From NCBI GenBank assembly GCA_035289305.1, contig DATDXN010000016.1, forward strand, positions 18,315 to 82,314: a stretch of 64,000 bases of DNA. Reading direction: 5' to 3'. Of the stretch, positions 56,756 through 64,000 are shown in pieces (within the stretch, counting starts at the first letter, position 1; each line of letters begins with the position of its first letter). The notes beneath the pieces were generated by a model. That model saw nothing but the letters and a program-made list of their open reading frames with translations, made no database searches and was not told where the DNA came from. Both the position numbers and the translations under genes were made by a program. The stretch comes from Patescibacteria group bacterium (lineage in GTDB: Bacteria > Patescibacteriota > Microgenomatia > UBA1406 > HO2-37-13b).

Positions 56756-58519
56756 AACATAGCTCGCCTCATTAAAAAAAATTCAGCCCTTTTTGAAGCT
56801 CTCCTTATCTTTATTATAACAATTCCAAGCTTTTTTGCACTTTTTAAAGCTCCTTATTTTTCTATGCATGATAATCAACATATAGCGCGATTGTACCTTC
56901 TGGATCAGGGGATCAGACAAGGACATATATATCCCAGATGGGTTGATATGCTGGGCTTTGGTTTTGGATACCCGCTTTTTAACTTTTACCCGCCGTTTAT
57001 TTACTATATTGGAGTTTTTTTCCGTTTATTTGGCGCCTCATACATCTGGTCAATCAAATTGATGATTATTGTCGGTTTTTTTTTGGCGGCATACGGCTCG
57101 TACTTATTTGTCAAGAGACTTATCGGTAAAACATACGGGTTTTTAGCATCAGTTCTCTATACCTATTTTTTCTACCATGCAGTACTTACATATGTACGAG
57201 GAGCGTTTGCCGAGTTCTTTAGCATGGCGATTATTCCCTTCCTTTTTATAGCTTTATGGAACGGGAAGAAAAATCCATCCCTGCGCAGTGCGATTTTTAT
57301 CGGGCTTTCCTTTGCTATTCTTATTCTTACTCATCCTCTTATTGCGTTTCCCACTCTTTTTTTTGTTGGGTTTTTCATTGTATTTGCGATCATCACCAAT
57401 AAACAAAAACTACGACAATTGATTACCTATGCGTGTGGAATGATCATTGCTCTTGGAATATCTGCATTTTTTTGGCTTCCTTCTCTGTTTGAGAGAAAAT
57501 TTACCCTTGTTGATGCGATTCTCACAAAAGAACTTGCCTCTTATAAAATCCACTATATATTTCCCCAACAGTTCATTTATTCACCATGGGGATATGGAGG
57601 TTCAATCAACGGCCCCTATGATGGCATGACGTTTCAACTGGGGAAAATACATCTATTTCTTGCCCTTCTTGCTATCATCTCCTCGCTTATATACTGGGCA
57701 AAAACACGGGTATTTTCCCATACGCTCAAGCAATTCTTTTTGATAACTTTTCTCGCGGTTTTTAGTCTTTTTATGACGACATATTTTTCATCGTTTGTCT
57801 GGGACAACGTTACATTCCTCCATTATTTGCAGTTTCCATGGCGTTTTCTCACATTTTCTGGTCTTTTCATAAGCGCCATGGGAGCTTACGCAATCTTTTT
57901 TTTAACGTCTCTTACAAAAATACGTTTTGCACGTTATGTCGCTGTTATATTTCTTATCGCCATAATAATCATACGCTATTCTCCCTACTTCAAACCTCAA
58001 AGATTTATTTACACGCAAGATTCAAAACTCACTTCATTTGAAGAAATTGCATGGAATATCAGCAAATCATCGTTTGAATTTATACCAAAAGGTGTGGTCA
58101 CGAAAAAAACGCCGCTCAATACAACAACTGTGGATATTGAAAAAAATCGGCTTCCCTCCGGACCCTTTGAAATACTTGACGGGAAGAGTGACGTTCAAAT
58201 AGAAAAAAATAATTTTACAGATAAACGATTCACGATCTACGCACAAACGCCTATTGTATTCCAGCTGAATACATACTATTTTCCTGGTTGGTACGCGTAT
58301 GTAGATGGAAATAACATCAGTATTAATGATATAAACAAATATAAATTGATAACGATAATGATTCCTCAAGGCAAACACAGTGCGCAGTTTTTCTTCAAAG
58401 ATACTTTCACTCGAAAAATCGCCAACTACATCTCTTGGGTCTTTTTTATTTCTATTACTCTGTATATTTTTTTGCTCTATTGGAGAAAAAACAATAATCA
58501 CAAAACCTTGAAAAAATAA
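56747..58519 (+). CDS. Large polytopic membrane protein (YfhO / PTPS-related-domain-like putative glycosyltransferase)
   Basis: 590 aa with an N-terminal multi-TM region containing HDNQHIARLYLLDQGIRQGHIYPRW and a large C-terminal soluble domain. Confidence 0.4.
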   Translation: MFHNIARLIKKNSALFEALLIFIITIPSFFALFKAPYFSMHDNQHIARLYLLDQGIRQGHIYPRWVDMLGFGFGYPLFNFYPPFIYYIGVFFRLFGASYIWSIKLMIIVGFFLAAYGSYLFVKRLIGKTYGFLASVLYTYFFYHAVLTYVRGAFAEFFSMAIIPFLFIALWNGKKNPSLRSAIFIGLSFAILILTHPLIAFPTLFFVGFFIVFAIITNKQKLRQLITYACGMIIALGISAFFWLPSLFERKFTLVDAILTKELASYKIHYIFPQQFIYSPWGYGGSINGPYDGMTFQLGKIHLFLALLAIISSLIYWAKTRVFSHTLKQFFLITFLAVFSLFMTTYFSSFVWDNVTFLHYLQFPWRFLTFSGLFISAMGAYAIFFLTSLTKIRFARYVAVIFLIAIIIIRYSPYFKPQRFIYTQDSKLTSFEEIAWNISKSSFEFIPKGVVTKKTPLNTTTVDIEKNRLPSGPFEILDGKSDVQIEKNNFTDKRFTIYAQTPIVFQLNTYYFPGWYAYVDGNNISINDINKYKLITIMIPQGKHSAQFFFKDTFTRKIANYISWVFFISITLYIFLLYWRKNNNHKTLKK

Positions 58520-60030
58520 ATTGCTTCTGCGCCGCCTGGTTTTTCGTATTTTTGAATAAGCTCAAGCGGCCATTCATTCACATTATCCACAGATTTTGCA
58601 AATACTGCAAAAACATGACGCATTTTCTTTTCTTTCTGTGCTTCAATAACATGTTTCTTCTCAAGCGGCCAGAAACCTTTGATCTCTATGCGATCTCCTC
58701 TTTTCAAAAACACGTCAAGCACATCTCCACTCATCCCAAAATTTCCTTCGGCTAAAATAATCACTGGCTTCTCTTGCGCTTTCAAACGCGCATACTCGAT
58801 AATTTCCCGCGCCCCATACCCTGAAGGGTATCCTTCTATATACTGTCCTCGATCATCGCACAGGAATGGAATACTTTTGTAATCAAACATAATCGTGTAA
58901 TCAAAATAAACAGTGAAACTATATAGGAGAATCAGCACAACGATCCATATAAGGGTTTTTTTTACCTTTGTTGCAAGAAAATACGCTGCAAAGATAATAA
59001 AAGGAGCTATAAGGAAAATAACATACCGAGAAAATAATACCTTCATGAAAAAAGTTGTAAGGACGTAGGGAATGAATATCCATAGGAGGAAATACAGACT
59101 CATGCGTTTATTTTTCCGGTAAAAAAACACGAATCCCAAAATTCCCAAGATGGTAGTAGCCCATCCCGCGTTGTAAGCAGTGTGAAGAGGCGTATAGCGC
59201 AAATTATACCAAAAGGCAGAGAACGGTTCGCTCACAAATTCATCCCATGTCTTAACAAATGTATTATTTTTCTCTGACACAAAATGGAGAAACGGAGAAA
59301 GTCGCTGTATATTATAAAAAAGTACAACAATTATAATAACTATGAGCATCAAAAAAACATAATTTATTATTGTTCTACTATTTTTTTGAACACTTTTTGA
59401 AAAGATAGTAAGCGGCGCAAATATAGAAAGTCCAAGAAAAAGACTCACTGAAGATTTGGCAAGCATAAACATTCCCGCAATAAAGCCGAAAAAGAGCGCT
59501 ACATCGTAGCGAAGAGTATTAATAAGAAGCAGCGATAAAAACAATATCCACACAAAAGACGCATTCACCAGCGAGTCAACCATCGCGAGGCGATCAAAAA
59601 ATAGGTAAAACGGCGTGATGATATAAAGCAGGGAAGCTATATACGCTGTTTTCTTTCCGAAAAGATAAGAAGATAGCGAAAATATGCCAATCATGGCTAC
59701 AAAACCACTTGCTACTCCAAAAAGTCTTCCAGCGAAAAGCGCACGGTCAGGAAATAGCTTCAAAAATGGAATTGTCGCCCATGTTTGCAGTGGCTGCCTA
59801 CCGTCAGTGAGTGAGATAAAGCGCCATGAAGCATCATGCCATGCCACCTTTGCCCAACGTATATAAATTCCTTCGTCGGAAAAAATAGGAAATGACTCAA
59901 GATTGGTGAGACGCGTCGCAAAAAAGGCAAAAAGAAGCAAAAAAATAATCAGAATGTCTTGTCTTGAAAGGTTTTTCTTGATAAATCGTATACTCCTGAC
60001 TATGTCAAACATATTGTATAATTCTATCAC
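58498..60030 (-). CDS. GT-C family membrane glycosyltransferase (ArnT/PMT-like)
   Basis: The N-terminal loop FPIFSDEGIYIRWA carries a DE motif, followed by more than 10 TM helices. 510 aa. Confidence 0.75.
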   Translation of the reverse strand: MIELYNMFDIVRSIRFIKKNLSRQDILIIFLLLFAFFATRLTNLESFPIFSDEGIYIRWAKVAWHDASWRFISLTDGRQPLQTWATIPFLKLFPDRALFAGRLFGVASGFVAMIGIFSLSSYLFGKKTAYIASLLYIITPFYLFFDRLAMVDSLVNASFVWILFLSLLLINTLRYDVALFFGFIAGMFMLAKSSVSLFLGLSIFAPLTIFSKSVQKNSRTIINYVFLMLIVIIIVVLFYNIQRLSPFLHFVSEKNNTFVKTWDEFVSEPFSAFWYNLRYTPLHTAYNAGWATTILGILGFVFFYRKNKRMSLYFLLWIFIPYVLTTFFMKVLFSRYVIFLIAPFIIFAAYFLATKVKKTLIWIVVLILLYSFTVYFDYTIMFDYKSIPFLCDDRGQYIEGYPSGYGAREIIEYARLKAQEKPVIILAEGNFGMSGDVLDVFLKRGDRIEIKGFWPLEKKHVIEAQKEKKMRHVFAVFAKSVDNVNEWPLELIQKYEKPGGAEAIYFFKVL

Positions 60031-60032
60031 AT

Positions 60033-60959
60033 ATGAGATATACGATTATATTTCCCGTCTACAATGAAGAAGAAAACATTGAAAATATCTATAAACAAAC
60101 GGCAAGAGTCATGAACACGTTGAAAAACAAGTATGAGATCATTTTTGTCAATGACGGTTCGTTTGATAACACTCCTGATATGCTCTCCAGACTCCATGAA
60201 AAATACCCGGAGGTAAAAATTATCAACTTTTCCCGAAACTTTGGCCACCAAACTGCAGTCACTGCAGGACTACATCATGCAATCGGCGAGGCCATAGCAA
60301 TACTTGATGCAGATTTGCAAGATCCTCCAGAAATTCTCCCTCGTTTTTTTAAAAAACTCGAGGAAGGATATGACGCAGTATATGCGGTGAGAAAAAAACG
60401 GAAAGAAAACATTTTTAAAAGAGGCATGTATAGCATGTTTTATAGGTTGCTTAAAAAAATTGCGGATACTGATATTCCTCTGGATAGTGGAGATTTTTGC
60501 GTGATGAGCAAACGCATGGTGCGAACAATGAACTCTCTTCCGGAGCGCAATCGCTTCATTCGTGGGATAAGAAGCTGGGTGGGGTATAAACAATGCGGTA
60601 TCGAATATGAAAGAAACGCCAGATCAGCAGGAGAGAGCAAATATACGCTGCGAAAAATGTTCAAACTTGCATTCGACGGTATTTTTTCTTTTTCGTATAT
60701 TCCACTTCAACTCATGTTTTTCATTGGGTTTTTTTCTCTTATGCTTTCTTTCCTGGGTATCATTATTGCCTTTTATATGAAATTCTTCACACAAAATTAT
60801 ACGCGCGTTCCCGGATTTGCATCTACGTTTATATTACTTATGTTTATCGGCGGTCTTGTGCTCTTCTCAATTGGGATACTAGGCGAATATATACGGCGGA
60901 TATATGATGAAATCAAACAACGCCCTCCGTATATCATTGAATCAAAAATCGGATTTTGA
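60033..60959 (+). CDS. GtrB/ArnC-like GT2 polyprenol-phosphate glycosyltransferase
   Basis: IIFPVYNEEENI...FVNDGSFDNT...LDADLQDPPE, with two C-terminal TM helices. Confidence 0.85.
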   Translation: MRYTIIFPVYNEEENIENIYKQTARVMNTLKNKYEIIFVNDGSFDNTPDMLSRLHEKYPEVKIINFSRNFGHQTAVTAGLHHAIGEAIAILDADLQDPPEILPRFFKKLEEGYDAVYAVRKKRKENIFKRGMYSMFYRLLKKIADTDIPLDSGDFCVMSKRMVRTMNSLPERNRFIRGIRSWVGYKQCGIEYERNARSAGESKYTLRKMFKLAFDGIFSFSYIPLQLMFFIGFFSLMLSFLGIIIAFYMKFFTQNYTRVPGFASTFILLMFIGGLVLFSIGILGEYIRRIYDEIKQRPPYIIESKIGF

Positions 60960-60967
60960 GGGATTTT

Positions 60968-62659
60968 CTACCAACCTCCACCCCCTCCACCACCACCGCC
61001 TCCACCTGACGAACCACCGGAGAAACCGCTGCCAAAACCTGAAGAACTTGAACGAGGAGTTGCGGCAACTCGCAAGCTAGAAAAGGAAGAATTCAAACCG
61101 TTCGTAAGGAGTATACTGTTGAAAACAGCACCAGAATACCCTTGATACCAATCGGAAGGTTGTATAGAAACGTCTTTAAATCTCGCTGCCCAGATTTTTT
61201 CTACACCAAAGACAATCGCATAAGGAAGTAGTCTCTCAAACATAAGCTGGTTTTTTGCCTGAAATTCAAGTTGTCTCTCTTGACTTACCAGAAAATTACG
61301 AAGAGATTTTGCCACCTGTGCTCCCAGTACCCCCTCTTGAGTCTTTCTCACGAGATTCCTGCCGAAAATAAATGCTGCTGCCGCCAAAAACCAGTTAAAA
61401 GTCATCATTGCTAGAACGCCAATACCGACATAGAAGTTTCGTATACGTGCGGGATTATGAGGGAAAAACCCTTCTGCGACAAGCCCTTCATAGATTCCTT
61501 TTTTTGCATCTTCAACTGTTTTATATAAATCTTCTTTCTTTGAGTCTTTTATAGAAAAGACTTCTTGTCTTTCAAAAAGATCGTTTAAAAATGAACGCTC
61601 CCATAAAAGTAGGTTTTTATCGTGAGAAAAATCTTTACTTTTCACAAAGTAAAAATCTCCTTTTTCCCTTTCTTCAATTTTCATATATCCCTTTTGAGCA
61701 AGATAAACAATCATTCCGCAAATTTCTCTCATCTGCGCCATCTCATCAATGAGCGTACCTGTTTCCTCCGGCGTCAAAAATCTGCCATTTTTATTTTTAG
61801 GAGGATCAAACCACGCCCGAACTTCTCCCGGCTGCCCTTGTGCAGGAGAAGGATCACGGCCGTGTTTATACCATTTGTATACGATGAAAATTGGGTAGAT
61901 GATATACCAAAAAGTCGCAAGCAAAAACATAAGAAAAACCACAAATCGACCAAACAGCGTCTGCCAAAATGTGGTATAAGCCGCAGGCTCAAGCACACTC
62001 ACCAGTCCTTTGGGGAAACTGACAACTATAGTAAATCCCTCACCAACGGATAAAAACCTATCTGTTTCAAAAACGACTATACCCCCTTTAAGATTGACAG
62101 AACAGCTCATCTCTCTGTTATCTTTTGTCCCCGTATAACAAATCGCCTTTAATTGACTTTGCTTTATTTCTTTGGGGAATCTGACTGTGGCAGATGCTGA
62201 CTGCGCTCCAACAGTCCAATCATTACCCGTGACGTTCCAGTACAGTTCATCGTGATCAGAAAAATACGTTACAGCGCCCGATACTCGATATCGAATAATA
62301 TATGTATGAACACCCGTTATGGTTTTGTTCGGATCTCCGATTTTGAGATGTATATTTTCTCCAGATTGTGTTTGATCATATGGATACCTTTTCCTGTTTT
62401 CGTCTTCGATCGACAAAATAGTGATATTGAGTTTAAACTTTTTACCCGCGTTGTTTGTTTTTATGTACGGGATGTCTCGATAAATACCATGCCTGCTTAC
62501 CTCACCAAAATCATACGTGATGGTTTCAACCACATCGATCGTACCATCTGTGTTTATGGTAATATCTGCGGCAAAGTTGTTTATTTGCTCTGCATGAACA
62601 AAGGGCACAAAAAATAAAACCAAACCTACAACTATACAGAAAGAGAGAAATTTTTTCAT
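60968..62659 (-). CDS. DUF2207-family membrane protein with a C-terminal Gly-rich tail
   Basis: Signal peptide, an extracellular domain, TM helices, and a GSGFSGGSSGGGGGGGGGGGW terminus. Confidence 0.65.
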   Translation of the reverse strand: MKKFLSFCIVVGLVLFFVPFVHAEQINNFAADITINTDGTIDVVETITYDFGEVSRHGIYRDIPYIKTNNAGKKFKLNITILSIEDENRKRYPYDQTQSGENIHLKIGDPNKTITGVHTYIIRYRVSGAVTYFSDHDELYWNVTGNDWTVGAQSASATVRFPKEIKQSQLKAICYTGTKDNREMSCSVNLKGGIVVFETDRFLSVGEGFTIVVSFPKGLVSVLEPAAYTTFWQTLFGRFVVFLMFLLATFWYIIYPIFIVYKWYKHGRDPSPAQGQPGEVRAWFDPPKNKNGRFLTPEETGTLIDEMAQMREICGMIVYLAQKGYMKIEEREKGDFYFVKSKDFSHDKNLLLWERSFLNDLFERQEVFSIKDSKKEDLYKTVEDAKKGIYEGLVAEGFFPHNPARIRNFYVGIGVLAMMTFNWFLAAAAFIFGRNLVRKTQEGVLGAQVAKSLRNFLVSQERQLEFQAKNQLMFERLLPYAIVFGVEKIWAARFKDVSIQPSDWYQGYSGAVFNSILLTNGLNSSFSSLRVAATPRSSSSGFGSGFSGGSSGGGGGGGGGGGW

Positions 62660-64000
62660 TTCTTAAAAAGATATAACTGTCCAAATTTTTTCAACAATTT
62701 CGTGTTTTTTACTTCTGGATTTGTTTTATAATTCTCTTCGTAAACAACAAGACACTCATTGATACGCAGAGAACCGACCTTTTCTTTAAATACGTCCATA
62801 TCATATATGAAATTCACACGTTTACCAAAATAATAGACTATAGATGGATGATCTCCCCACCATTTTGAAGTCGTGATGAGAAGTCCCATGCTCTCAAGTG
62901 TAGCGAAACTTTCTCTGACGTCTGTACTTAATAACAATGATAATGTATCGCATTTTTCTCGTGCAAAAAGAGCAAGGTCGTAATAATGCTCTCTCTTTGA
63001 ATAAAATGTTGAAAAAAATGCATCAGGAATAAATGCGCGATATATGATATATATACATACAATAACCCCTACCACCATATACGCCAGTCTCTTTTTGGAG
63101 AGGATAGTAATGGGAAAAATACTCAAAAAAGCAAATTGAGGTATGGCGGGTATGATATACCAAAAAATCTTGGTTTTTGTGAGATTTAAGAAGAGAAACC
63201 ATGGGAGCAAATATAGTCCCCAAAACAGTTTTTTCTCGTTTTTGAAATATTTGACTGCAAAAAGGAAAAACCCTACGATCGAAACCCAAAAGAAAATACC
63301 AAACTGGGCGCGTATAAGATCAATATAAAAAGTTCTTTTGCCAAAATGAAACTCTATGGATGATGAAACTCGCTTGAAATGACTTTCTATGATGTGTTGC
63401 ATGAAAAACGCTTTTTTGTAGAGAATGAGCATTGCGACAAACCATAAAGACAACATCAATCCATGCAGTACTATTTTCATCATATTTTTCTGCAACTCTG
63501 GCATTTTGATTTTCTTTCGAAAAAAAAGGTAGAGGTAGAATAAACTCATCATCGCAAGCGGATAAAACCCGATGAGTGACTTACTCAATATCGCAATCGC
63601 CCCAAATAGTAAACTCGCCCAAAAACGATTGAAAAATATAATATATCCGAGCCACCCCAGAAGAAGGAAAATGTCAAGATTAACCATTTGCGTGCGCTGA
63701 AGAAAAATGGGGGTAAATGTAGTCAACACAACCGCCAAAAAGGCAAACAAACGTCTCCCCACTACACGAAGGTAGAGAATATATACGAAAAAGAGTACGA
63801 CCGAAGCGACAGCGAGGGTAAAAAGACGGGTGGAAACTTCAGGGGACGTAAAGAAAAAAAGTCTCATAATAAGTCCATATAAGAAAGGGACAAGTGGCGG
63901 CTTGTCAAGCCATGGCTCACCTTGCCACACAGGAAAAAGAAAGAATTTGCGCTCAAACATTTCTTTTCCCGACTGCACGTATAAAGACTCATCCCAATCA
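62656..64000 (-). CDS. GT-C family membrane glycosyltransferase (ArnT-like), 5' end beyond the window
   Basis: The in-frame sequence continues upstream of the GTG at 63978 (…DWDESLYVQSGKEMFERKFFLFPVWQGEPWLDKPPLVPFL), with the ArnT-like DE...EKPPL pattern. Confidence 0.65.
   Translation of the reverse strand, partial: DWDESLYVQSGKEMFERKFFLFPVWQGEPWLDKPPLVPFLYGLIMRLFFFTSPEVSTRLFTLAVASVVLFFVYILYLRVVGRRLFAFLAVVLTTFTPIFLQRTQMVNLDIFLLLGWLGYIIFFNRFWASLLFGAIAILSKSLIGFYPLAMMSLFYLYLFFRKKIKMPELQKNMMKIVLHGLMLSLWFVAMLILYKKAFFMQHIIESHFKRVSSSIEFHFGKRTFYIDLIRAQFGIFFWVSIVGFFLFAVKYFKNEKKLFWGLYLLPWFLFLNLTKTKIFWYIIPAIPQFAFLSIFPITILSKKRLAYMVVGVIVCIYIIYRAFIPDAFFSTFYSKREHYYDLALFAREKCDTLSLLLSTDVRESFATLESMGLLITTSKWWGDHPSIVYYFGKRVNFIYDMDVFKEKVGSLRINECLVVYEENYKTNPEVKNTKLLKKFGQLYLFKK

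Noticed and set aside
1-64000. CRISPR arrays, tRNA or rRNA genes
   Set aside because: No regularly spaced direct repeats or cloverleaf/rRNA-like segments were seen in the intergenic regions. All gaps over 100 nt were examined.

Overview
The window is a low-GC, gene-dense bacterial segment read with the standard genetic code (TGA is a stop). Gene content suggests a small-genome, possibly CPR/Patescibacteria-like organism, but that is inference. Contents in order: (1) The 3' part of the S10 ribosomal-protein operon on the minus strand (rpsQ partial, rpmC, rplP, rpsC, rplV, rplB, rplW, rplD, rplC). rpsS is missing between rplB and rplV. rpsJ and tuf are split from rplC by an oppositely oriented P-type cation ATPase. 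(2) radA, a 620-aa unknown protein, a FemAB-family protein, a UvrD-like helicase/RecB-nuclease fusion, an SF2 helicase carrying a sigma-70 region-4-like C-terminal HTH, rpoD and dnaG. (3) Sugar-modifying genes (GT2, DegT aminotransferase, RmlC-like cupin). (4) A type IV pilus locus with a major pilin, four prepilin-like proteins including a 636-aa beta-propeller-containing one, PilC, PilB, a CheY-like receiver and a possible Hpt protein. (5) A phosphodiester glycosidase, a Met-rich SHOCT membrane protein translationally coupled to a DsrE-like protein. (6) The most notable system is a diversity-generating retroelement (DGR) at 35849-40410. It has a reverse transcriptase with the DGR-type IGxxxSQ motif, an antisense four-helix-bundle Avd, a 121-bp template repeat, and a cognate variable repeat at the 3' end of an 867-aa cytoplasmic P-loop/AAA+-like ATPase; 15 of the 17 TR/VR mismatches fall at TR adenines. 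Immediately upstream and co-oriented is a transglutaminase-like plus von Willebrand A (VWA) protein. Together they look like a MoxR/VWA-type pair with a retroelement-diversified C-type-lectin-fold sensor. (7) A roughly 21-kb envelope glycosylation island (RmlD-like, Ugd, Gmd/Rmd-like, UDP-xylose synthase, several GT2/GT4 enzymes, three ArnT/PMT-like GT-C enzymes, GtrB-like polyprenol-phosphate glycosyltransferases, a Wzx-like flippase, a CPBP protease and a DUF2207 protein). No rRNA, tRNA or CRISPR arrays were recognised.
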